Positions 46,572-54,139 of a stretch of DNA of 64,000 nt are shown in pieces (the first letter of the stretch is position 1; each line of letters starts with the position of its first letter). This stretch comes from an uncultured Actinomycetes bacterium (GTDB lineage Bacteria; Actinomycetota; Thermoleophilia; UBA2241). Below the pieces are notes generated by a model. The model did no database searches. It was not told the origin of the DNA and was given only the letters and a program-made list of their open reading frames with translations. The position numbers and the translations under genes were made by a program. Location: NCBI GenBank assembly GCA_963725665.1, contig CAVRZA010000002.1:96001-160000 (forward strand). The letters are read 5' to 3'.

Positions 46572-47366
46572 GTGACGATGTACTGCCCCGACTGCGGATA
46601 CGACGCCGGCGAGGCCAACTTCTGCCCCGAGTGCGGCAGCGACCTCGGCGCGCTGAAGAACGCGCGTAAGAACGTGAAGACCACGGGTAACCAGCGGCGG
46701 TCGGGCGGCGACCGCGCCGCCGGTAGCGGCGGCGCGGCCGCCGCCCAGCAGGGCCCCGCTCGCCGTGCGGCCGCGAGGGGCCTGTCGACGACCAGGATGA
46801 TCTGGATCCTCGTCGCCATCGCCGCGGTGGCCGCTTTCGCCATCGTCTACATCGTCAACAACCGCGGGAGCAGCAGCAGCACGAGCACGCCGACGACCCC
46901 GAGCGGTCCGGTCACCGCCGACACCAGCGGCACCTACTCGGAGCTCGTCGCGCGCGCCAACGGCCTCTACGACCAGGGCGCGCCGCTGATCCAGAAGAAC
47001 GACCTCAACGGTGCCTCGCCGTACTTCGCCGCTGCCGCCAAGGTCTACGCAGCGGCCTGGAAGAAGCAACCCGGCGACCCGGCTGTGGGCACCGACTACG
47101 CGACCTCGCTCTTCTACTCGGGCGACGTAGAGGGTGCCGTCAAACAGGTGGACAAGGTCCTGGCGAAGAACTCGACCTTCCAGAACGCCCTCTACAACCG
47201 CGGCAACTTCCTCGGCATGCAGGCGCGCGTCGCGCAGCAGAACGGCCAGAAGGCCAAGGCCGACAAGCTCTTCGCGCTAGCCAAGGCGTCGTACCAGGCG
47301 GCGATCAACGTCGATGCCACCTCCGACAGCGGCCAGGCGGCCGCGCAGGCGCTGAAGAGCCTGTGA
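46572..47366 (+). CDS. Zinc-ribbon / TM / TPR-like protein
   Basis: CPDCG..NFCPECG N-terminus, one TM helix, TPR-like helices (ALYNRG). Confidence 0.8.
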   Translation: MTMYCPDCGYDAGEANFCPECGSDLGALKNARKNVKTTGNQRRSGGDRAAGSGGAAAAQQGPARRAAARGLSTTRMIWILVAIAAVAAFAIVYIVNNRGSSSSTSTPTTPSGPVTADTSGTYSELVARANGLYDQGAPLIQKNDLNGASPYFAAAAKVYAAAWKKQPGDPAVGTDYATSLFYSGDVEGAVKQVDKVLAKNSTFQNALYNRGNFLGMQARVAQQNGQKAKADKLFALAKASYQAAINVDATSDSGQAAAQALKSL

Positions 47367-47507
47367 GCTGAAGCGTCGCCGAGGTCGGGTCGGTCGGCGC
47401 CATCCGTACTCCAGCGGGACCTTCGGGGATGTGTCGGTCTGAAGGTGAAGTCGGGGCCGGGGCGAATCTCGTAGCTACCTGGCAGCGTCGGGAGGAGCAC
47501 GGTCGCG

Positions 47508-47915
47508 ATGGCCGCAAGGAAGCGCAACACGACGAAGGCGCCGGTGCGTCTGCACCCCGGCCGCCTTGCCGTGCTCGTGCTGGGCATCGTCGCGGCGTAC
47601 TTCTTCGTCTCTCCACTGCGCGCCTTCTTCGCCCAGCAGGACCGCTACCAGCGGGAGGTCGCGGCGCTCGCGCAGGTGCGAGCGCAGAACGCCGAGCTGA
47701 AGGCCGAGCTGGCGACCATGGGCACGCAGGAGTACGTCGTGCGTCAGGCGCGCAAGGACTTCCAGCTCGTGCCGCCGGGCGTGCAGGCGTTCGTCGTGAA
47801 GGGTCTCCCGCACGAACCTCTCGTAGACCAGGCGCCGGCGGGATCCTCGCCGAAGACGTCGCACCTCTCCATCGCCCAACGTCTCGCGGACCTCTGGCAC
47901 ACCATCGCCGACTGA
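47508..47915 (+). CDS. ftsB: Septum formation initiator (FtsB/DivIC family)
   Basis: TM helix, coiled coil, EYVVRQARKDFQLV.PG; conserved position after eno. Confidence 0.85.
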   Translation: MAARKRNTTKAPVRLHPGRLAVLVLGIVAAYFFVSPLRAFFAQQDRYQREVAALAQVRAQNAELKAELATMGTQEYVVRQARKDFQLVPPGVQAFVVKGLPHEPLVDQAPAGSSPKTSHLSIAQRLADLWHTIAD

Positions 47916-47939
47916 TCACCTCATCCCTCCGGACACACC

Positions 47940-48560
47940 GTGGCACGTAGCGTCCGACCCCGCCGCGGCGGTTCGGCCGTGAGTCCCGGGCCTTCCCACG
48001 GTGGCGGATTGAGCGCGCGCGACCGAGCCGTCGTGGAACGGCAGCTCGGTCGCGCGCCGCACCTGATGAGCCGGGTCGCGGCCAGGTGCCCGTTCGGCTT
48101 CGTTGCGGTGGTCGAGGACCTGCCCTACGACGACCGCGGGCTGCCGTTCCCGACGCTCTTCTACGCCACCTGTCCGACGCTGGTGCAGGCGTTATCGCGG
48201 CTCGAGGACGCCGGGGGTGTGCGCAACTGGTCGACACGGGCTAGCTGCGAGGCCGAGTTGCTCGTCTCGCTGCGCGACGCGGAGCGCTACGAGCGGCGCC
48301 GCCGTCGCGTGCTGGCGGCGCGTTGCGCCGCCGCGTGGCGCGACGGCGGCGCCGCCCTGGCGCTCGGCGTCGCCGGCGTCCGGCGCGGCGACCGGACCGA
48401 CCTGAAATGCCTGCACGCGCACGCGGCCCACGCGCTGGCCCGGCCGCGCTATCTGCTCGGCCGGGCCATCCTGGAGGAGGCCGGGCGACCGTGGTGTGAC
48501 GACGAGCGCTGCCGATACGTGCCTTTCGGTCCCGCGATAGTGGCGGAGACGCTCCGGTGA
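47940..48560 (+). CDS. DUF501 family protein
   Basis: RQLGR, RCP.G, PFPTLFYATCP, SRLE..G, LKCLHAH; start uncertain. Confidence 0.9.
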   Translation: MARSVRPRRGGSAVSPGPSHGGGLSARDRAVVERQLGRAPHLMSRVAARCPFGFVAVVEDLPYDDRGLPFPTLFYATCPTLVQALSRLEDAGGVRNWSTRASCEAELLVSLRDAERYERRRRRVLAARCAAAWRDGGAALALGVAGVRRGDRTDLKCLHAHAAHALARPRYLLGRAILEEAGRPWCDDERCRYVPFGPAIVAETLR

Positions 48561-49558
48561 AGGTGGCCGTCGTAGACCTCGGCACCAACTCCTGTCGCCT
48601 TCTGCTGGCTCAGGTCGACGGCGGCCGCGTCACGACGCGCGCGCGGGCCGCCACGGTGACGCGGCTTGGCGAGGGCGTCGACCGGCGCCGCGCGCTGAAC
48701 GCGGCCGCTGCGCGACGCACGACGGAGTGCCTCGAGGTCTACGCGCGGCGCATCGAGCGCTTCGCGCCCGAGCGGCGGCAGCTCATCGCCACCAGCGTCC
48801 TGCGCGACGTCGCCGACGGACAGGCCTATCTTGACGGGCTCCAGCGCCGGTTCGGGCTGCCGTGGCGGATCCTGGGCGGCGACGAGGAGGCGGCGCTCGG
48901 CTTCGCCGGCGCCGCCTCAGGCGTCGCCGCCTTGCCCGTCGCCGCCTTGCCCGTCGCGGAACGGTCCGCTGCGCCAACCCCTGGCCGCCTCGCCGTGCTC
49001 GACGTGGGCGGCGGCAGCACGGAGCTCGCCGTCGGCCCTCTACCGATGGGGCGACGCCCGGAGCCACCCTCGGCGATAGCGACGCCGGACCTGACCCGCA
49101 GCCTCGACGTGGGCTCCGTGCGGCTCACCGAACGCTTCCTTCTCTCCGATCCGCCGACGGAGGCGGAATGGCGTGACGCCGAGCGCTTCACGAGAGAGCT
49201 TCTCGAATGTCAGCTACCAGACGACGCGCGCTTGCGCATCGCGCTCGTCGTGGGTGTGGCCGGGACGATCACCACGATCGTCGCCTACAAGCTCGGCCTG
49301 CGTCGCTTCGATCCGGAGCTGGTGCACGGTCACCGGCTGTCGCTGGCTGACATCGAGCGCGCCATCGCCGTCTTTCGCAGCCTGACCAGCGAGCAGCGCG
49401 CCGGCCTCCCCGGCATCCAACGCGGCCGCGAGGACGTGATCCCGGCCGGCGCGCTCATCGCCCGCGAGGCCTGCCGCCTGCTGTCGGTCGACGGGCTCGT
49501 GGCCAGCGAGGTCGACATCCTCGACGGTGTCGCTCTCGTGATCGCGGGCGAACGCTGA
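48557..49558 (+). CDS. ppx: Ppx/GppA exopolyphosphatase family
   Basis: VDLGTNS, TRLGEG, EEA, DVGGGSTE, GSVRLTE, GREDVI.AG. Confidence 0.93.
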   Translation: MKVAVVDLGTNSCRLLLAQVDGGRVTTRARAATVTRLGEGVDRRRALNAAAARRTTECLEVYARRIERFAPERRQLIATSVLRDVADGQAYLDGLQRRFGLPWRILGGDEEAALGFAGAASGVAALPVAALPVAERSAAPTPGRLAVLDVGGGSTELAVGPLPMGRRPEPPSAIATPDLTRSLDVGSVRLTERFLLSDPPTEAEWRDAERFTRELLECQLPDDARLRIALVVGVAGTITTIVAYKLGLRRFDPELVHGHRLSLADIERAIAVFRSLTSEQRAGLPGIQRGREDVIPAGALIAREACRLLSVDGLVASEVDILDGVALVIAGER

Positions 49559-49587
49559 CCAGGCGTCTGCGCGTTCGGGCGGCGGCA

Positions 49588-49615
49588 TTCTCAGCGGTCG
49601 TCCGCTCGCTATACT
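49588..49615 (+). promoter_or_regulatory. Promoter for tRNA-Leu
   Basis: TTCTCA-N16-TATACT ending 7 nt before the tRNA. Confidence 0.55.
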
Positions 49616-49622
49616 GGTCGCG

Positions 49623-49707
49623 GCCGGAGTGGCGGAACTGGTAGACGCGCGGGACTTAAAATCCTGTGGGACATGCGCCCGTCCGGGTTCAATTCCCGGC
49701 TCCGGCA
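49623..49707 (+). tRNA. tRNA-Leu (anticodon TAA), long variable arm
   Basis: GCCGGAG/CTCCGGC acceptor stem, anticodon loop CTTAAAA, GGTTCAATTCC T-arm; 3' end reads ACCT so CCA is incomplete. Confidence 0.96.
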
Positions 49708-49794
49708 CCTACTTTCACCTGCAAATGAGCCTTGCGCCAGTCTCGGCTCCGTTTCTACTAAGTCGGTAACTGCGCACACTGTGCGCACACGCCC

Positions 49795-49921
49795 TCAGTG
49801 GCCCTCGAAGATGAGCGCCGCCACCTTGGTCGCGGCCTCCTCCTGCATGTCGGGTAGAACGTGGCTGTAGAGGTTCAGCGTGATCGCTGTCGTGGAGTGG
49901 CCGAGCATCTCCGAGACCACC
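49795..49921 (-). pseudogene. Tyrosine recombinase / integrase C-terminal fragment
   Basis: VVSEMLGHSTTAITLNLYSHVLPDMQEEAA matches the LGH...Y catalytic box; the rest of the gene is missing. Confidence 0.88.
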
Positions 49922-49939
49922 AGAGAGGAGAACACGATC

Positions 49940-50390
49940 ATGTCTACATCGATCAACAACGTCACGCTGGTGGGCAACCTCACCCGCGATCCCGAGACGC
50001 GCGCCGCCGGCACTACGACGGTCTGCAGCCTGCGCTTGGCCGTCAACGACCGCGTCAAGGACCCCGCCACGGGGGAGTGGGGCGACCGCGCCAACTACTT
50101 CGACGTCGACGTCTTCGGCTCCCGGGGCGATTTGTGCGATTAGTACCTCCGCAAGGGCCGTCAGGTGGCCGTGCAGGGCAAACTGTGCTACCGCGAGTGG
50201 ATGGCCAAGGACGGGCAGAAACGCTCCGCCGTCGCCATCGTGGCCAACAACGTGCAGTTCATCGGGCCGCGCGAGGGCGCCAGCACCACGGCGACCGCGG
50301 GGGCGCGGCCAGCACAGACGGCTGTGCGGCCGCCCTCACCGATGACCTCGCCGCCGCCGAGGACGCCGAGGACGGGATATCCCGTTCTGA
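49940..50390 (+). pseudogene. ssb: Single-stranded DNA-binding protein pseudogene
   Basis: INNVTLVGNLTRDPE, YLRKGRQVAVQGKL; in-frame TAG at 50141-50143; acidic tail and DIPF* (50376-50390) out of frame. Confidence 0.9.
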
Positions 50391-50654
50391 CGAGATGCGG
50401 GCGACCTGCACACAGCCTGAGACGAAGATCCTGCGCGCCGTCGGCAGTCCCATCACTTTCTGCCGCCCCCCACCAAGAAGGTGCTCGCCCGGCACGGAGC
50501 CGAGCACAACGCGGCCGCATGAGCGCAACCCTGACGGAGGGGGCAGGCCCGCCGTCTCACTCAGGGTCGGCGGCCCTCGTCGTTCCCGCCACCTACATAG
50601 TTGCCGCTGGTATTGAGCGCTGTCTAGACTGCGGTTATTACTCGGGTGGTCGGT

Positions 50655-50763
50655 CCCCCGCCTGCTTCATGAAGGAAGCGCCCCCGCTGGGAGAGCGGGG
50701 ACGCTCGTGATGCGAGGGCCAGCCCTTTGGGGGGTACAAGCTGCTAACCCGTACGTAATAATA
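50655..50763 (-). ncRNA. Putative structured RNA, copy 1 (C-rich loops)
   Basis: Direct repeat with 52256-52362; minus-strand hairpins GGGUUAGC/GCUGGCCC and a 13-bp stem; TATTAT -10-like box at the 5' end. Confidence 0.55.
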
Positions 50764-51316
50764 CCGCGCTCCAAACGGCGCTCAATAGCAGGCCCACAAC
50801 GACGAACGCCCCCGCGAGTGGAGGCGCTCGACAGCGAGATCGAGATTGGCGCTTCCTGCGTCCACCCCCAGCGTGTCGGCGATCTTGCGCTGGGAGTAGC
50901 GGGCCGGCCGCGCTCTTGTGCCCGGCATCGCTCGCCCACGGCCGGCCTCGTCTCATCCTAACGCCGCGTCAGCGGCCGCCGGAGGGCCGCAAGGGTGCGC
51001 GACATTGCCCACGACGCGAACGGCCCCGTCGCCGGCGCCGCTTGCGGTGTCGCGTTGGAGTCACGCCATCCTGGGGCTCTGGACAGGATGGCGCATTGTA
51101 GCGTGTTGATGTGAGCCATCCTGGGATTTGTCTAGGTAGTCTGGCCTAGAGTCGTAGTAGGGGTGGCCGCGAGCATCGAGGGCCTACAACCGTCTAGGTC
51201 AGGCCGCCCCGGCCGTGCCTTCTCATCGTACCCCGACTATCCGCTGAAATACCTGCACTCGAGCTTGTGAAAGGCGACACTAGACACACTAGAGTCGATC
51301 GTCAGGCGGGTGACGT

Positions 51317-51535
51317 ATGAGCAGTGTCGAACTGGCATCGTGGTTCGCCCTGGGCCTGTTCTGGCTCTCGCGGATCGCACTTGTCGTAATCGTCGTGGCG
51401 GCGGTCATCGCCATCGTGCGCGTCCTGCGCTTGCCTCCGTACGTGCCCGAGGCGTCCGACCAGGAGGAGATAGATCTGGAGCCGCCTCTCTGGGCGATGG
51501 ACGGGTTGAAGAGAAAGACAGCGCACGGGAGATGA
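51317..51535 (+). CDS. Small hypothetical membrane protein
   Basis: 72 aa with a long hydrophobic stretch; no family recognised. Confidence 0.45.
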   Translation: MSSVELASWFALGLFWLSRIALVVIVVAAVIAIVRVLRLPPYVPEASDQEEIDLEPPLWAMDGLKRKTAHGR

Positions 51536-51538
51536 AGT

Positions 51539-52018
51539 ATGAGCCCACTGTTCACACTAACCGCGACGCAACGTCTCACGGCCGGAGAACAAGCCGTATA
51601 TGACTTCATTTCGGAGGATTTCCAGAACGTGCGGCGCCTCGTGGAACAAGTGGCGGCCGCGAAGACCACGAACACCCACGCGGCAGTCGTCACTCAAATA
51701 GCCGAGGCCGACGCTATCCTGCAGACCACGTACTCAGACTGGCTGGCGATGGACCTTGTGGGCGGACGAGTACATACGCTTGAGCGCGACTACGAGTCCG
51801 TGCTGCGCAGCATGCTCATCGTTAGCGAGAGCATGAAGGCGGTCTTGGCCGCGCCGACGAAGGTCTTGGCCGCTGCAGCCATGCAGGTGGCTCTGAGGGA
51901 GGTCCCTAGACTCACCAGGCGCGTCGGATGGTCCGCCCAAGAACTTGACGCGCTCGCGGCGTACACGGACGGAAACGGGGCACGACCTCGAGGACTTCCC
52001 GCGCGCGCAGGCAAGTAG
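51539..52018 (+). CDS. Hypothetical protein (predicted helical)
   Basis: 159-aa ORF with natural-looking composition, 3 nt after the previous stop. Confidence 0.55.
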   Translation: MSPLFTLTATQRLTAGEQAVYDFISEDFQNVRRLVEQVAAAKTTNTHAAVVTQIAEADAILQTTYSDWLAMDLVGGRVHTLERDYESVLRSMLIVSESMKAVLAAPTKVLAAAAMQVALREVPRLTRRVGWSAQELDALAAYTDGNGARPRGLPARAGK

Positions 52019-52255
52019 GGGCGCGACTGTCTACCCGCTCGTCAGCGCCAGCGTAGCCGGCCCCGTCTTCTCGTAGCGCCCCGTCAGCGCGCGCAGGAAG
52101 GCCGTGGGGGGTGTTGCGGGTTGACGTTGGCGCGCATCGCCGACCGGGCACCACCAATCCTCCTCTAAACGTTAAGGTCACGGTCCACGACGCCGATAGT
52201 AAGAGAGTGACCTCCTGAGAGTGGGGGGCGGCAGGGTGCTGAGAGGCATGGCCGC

Positions 52256-52362
52256 CCCCCGCCTGCTTCATGAAGGAAGCGCCCCCGCTGGAGGGCGGGA
52301 GCGCTCGTGATGCGCAGGTCAGCTCCTTTGGGGGGATCACTGCTAACCCGAACGGGATAATA
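52256..52362 (-). ncRNA. Putative structured RNA, copy 2
   Basis: 36 bp identical to copy 1, rest diverged but stems preserved on the minus strand. Confidence 0.55.
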
Positions 52363-52497
52363 GTCGCACACCGGCGATCGGCCGGCAGACGGTGGCGCAC
52401 CCTTCCGGTACACTGGCGACCAGGACCTCGTCAGGCGCGAACGAAAGGACACCGCGTGGGGCTGTTGCGCCCTCCCGACGTCGCGCGCTATGCGCGC

Positions 52498-53070
52498 ATG
52501 GGTCACATCGACAAGCTGACCGAGGCGGCGCGCAGCAAGCGCTGGCCCGAAGCTGCTATCGCGGCGCGGCGGGCGCTCGGGGAACACATGGACCTGCTCG
52601 TCGATACGCTGGGCAACAAGAGCATGCGCCGCGTCTTGACGGCCCGTGAGGCGCTCAAAGCCATCGGCCGGCCGGCCACCAAGGCCCTGCTCGACAAGAT
52701 CGACGATCCCACCAGGGAGCGTCGTCAGGACGTGGTGCACGCGCTCGGGGAAGTAGGCGATCCCTACGCGGTCAAGGCGCTGGTCGAGCGGCTGCGCGAC
52801 CCCGACGGCTTGGTGCGCCAGCTCGCCTGCCGCGCCCTCGCCAAGATCGGCGATCCGCGCGCGCTCGCGCCGCTGCGGCGCGCCGCCGCCGCCGACCCCG
52901 ACGACTCGGTGCGCAAGACGGCGGCCGAGGCGGCGCGCCGGATCGAGAAGCGCTCCAGCGTTGCCGCGAGCCGAGCCGGGGGCGCCGCGGCCGATTCGTC
53001 CCCATCCGAACAGCCGACCGGCCAGGAGGACGGTGCCGGCGAGGCCGAAGACCAGGAGGAGCGTCCGTGA
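52498..53070 (+). CDS. HEAT-repeat (PBS lyase-like) protein
   Basis: Repeats ALKAIGRPA, ALGEVGDPYAV..L.DPD..VR, ALAKIGDPRAL, DPDDSVRK.A; start set to ATG 52498. Confidence 0.88.
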   Translation: MGHIDKLTEAARSKRWPEAAIAARRALGEHMDLLVDTLGNKSMRRVLTAREALKAIGRPATKALLDKIDDPTRERRQDVVHALGEVGDPYAVKALVERLRDPDGLVRQLACRALAKIGDPRALAPLRRAAAADPDDSVRKTAAEAARRIEKRSSVAASRAGGAAADSSPSEQPTGQEDGAGEAEDQEERP

Positions 53071-54068
53071 CACCAGTGCGCCGCATCCAGGAGGAGCACG
53101 GCATCGTGGGGCGGGACCGGGAGCTCGCCCTCTCGCTGGCCGTGCTGGCGCGGGGCAGGCACCTGCTGCTCGAGGGGCCGGTGGGCGTCGGCAAGACGAC
53201 CGTCGCACTCGCCGTATGCCGCCACCTGGGCAAGCAGACGGTGCGTGTCGACGGGGACGACCGCTACTCCGAGAGCAAGCTGACCGGCTGGTTCGACCCG
53301 CCGCTGGTGCTCAAGCGTGGGTACTCCGAGGAGTCGTTCTTCCCGGGGCCGTTGGTGCGCGCCATGCGTGAGGGGGGTGTCCTCTTCATCAACGAGCTCA
53401 ACCGCATGCCGGAGTCGGTGCAGAACGTCCTTCTGCCGGCGCTCGACGAGCGTCTCGTGATCGTGCCCCATATCGGGGAGGTGCGCGCTGCCGAGGGCTT
53501 CCAGGTGGTCGCCACGCAGAACCCAGTGGAGTACATCGCCACTGGCCACCTCTCGGAGGCGCTGCGCGACCGCTTCGAGCACGTCGCTCTCGAGTACCAG
53601 AGCGCCGAGGAGGAGGCGCGCATCGTCGCCGCCGAGACCGGCAGCGACGATGCGCGCCTCATCGTGCGGGCCGTCGCCGTCGCTCGAGCGACGCGGGCTC
53701 ACCCCGGGCTCAAGAAGGGCGCCTCGATCCGCGCCGCCATCGCCACGGTGACGATCGCCGAGGAGCTCGCCGCCGAGGGCGGCTTCGCGGGACTTGCCGC
53801 GGCGTCCGGTGCCGGCGAGCGACGCCCGGACTCGATAGCGGCCGACGACCAGGCGGAACCCCGCGGATCGGCGCCGCCGGATGACGACCTACGGCTACTG
53901 CGCCTTGCGGCTGGGGCAGCCCTGCCGACGCGCATCGAGCTCGCCGGCGACGCAGACGCGAGCCTCGACGCCGTCATCGACGATATCTGCGCGGCGGTGG
54001 CCGCCGACGCCGACGCGGCGCTGGCGGCCTTCGCGGCGGCGAGCGCCGCGGCAAGAAAAAAAGGCTGA
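53067..54068 (+). CDS. MoxR/CbbQ-like AAA+ ATPase
   Basis: Walker A GPVGVGKT, variant Walker B VLFINE, ATQNP, LSEALRDRF. Confidence 0.92.
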   Translation: MTPVRRIQEEHGIVGRDRELALSLAVLARGRHLLLEGPVGVGKTTVALAVCRHLGKQTVRVDGDDRYSESKLTGWFDPPLVLKRGYSEESFFPGPLVRAMREGGVLFINELNRMPESVQNVLLPALDERLVIVPHIGEVRAAEGFQVVATQNPVEYIATGHLSEALRDRFEHVALEYQSAEEEARIVAAETGSDDARLIVRAVAVARATRAHPGLKKGASIRAAIATVTIAEELAAEGGFAGLAAASGAGERRPDSIAADDQAEPRGSAPPDDDLRLLRLAAGAALPTRIELAGDADASLDAVIDDICAAVAADADAALAAFAAASAAARKKG

Positions 54069-54099
54069 GCGGCGGCAGCCGCCGCACCGGCGTCCCGGT
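54056..54099 (+). promoter_or_regulatory. Candidate -1 ribosomal frameshift signal
   Basis: A_AAA_AAA heptamer (54056-54062), 6-nt spacer, hairpin GCGGCG-GCAGC-CGCCGC (54069-54085), then ACCGG-CGTC-CCGGT. Confidence 0.55.
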
Positions 54100-54139
54100 C
54101 AGGGAGTACCGCCCGGCTCGTCGTCCCGACACCGGGTCT

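Larger units (their letters stand above)
49710..52362. mobile_element. Decayed integrative island / prophage remnant downstream of tRNA-Leu
   Basis: Integrase stub pointing toward the tRNA, ssb pseudogene, orphan ORFs with more A/T-ending codons, direct repeats; boundaries approximate. Confidence 0.7.

Noticed and set aside
48923-48952. 15-nt tandem duplication (VAALP x2) in ppx
   Set aside because: A short in-frame slippage in a variable linker with no further signal.
50141-50143. Pyrrolysine or amber read-through in ssb
   Set aside because: The TAG looks like a CAG-to-TAG change and the same gene also has an out-of-frame tail, so ordinary decay explains it.
52141-52156. CCGGGCACCACCA as a possible attR copy of the tRNA-Leu 3' end
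   Set aside because: Only about 7 nt match TCCGGCACC, which is chance level at this GC content.
52270-52497. Longer start for the HEAT protein, and ORF 50165-50710 sharing MKEAPPL
   Set aside because: These are translations of the non-coding repeat; composition is not protein-like and the structure evidence favours a minus-strand RNA.
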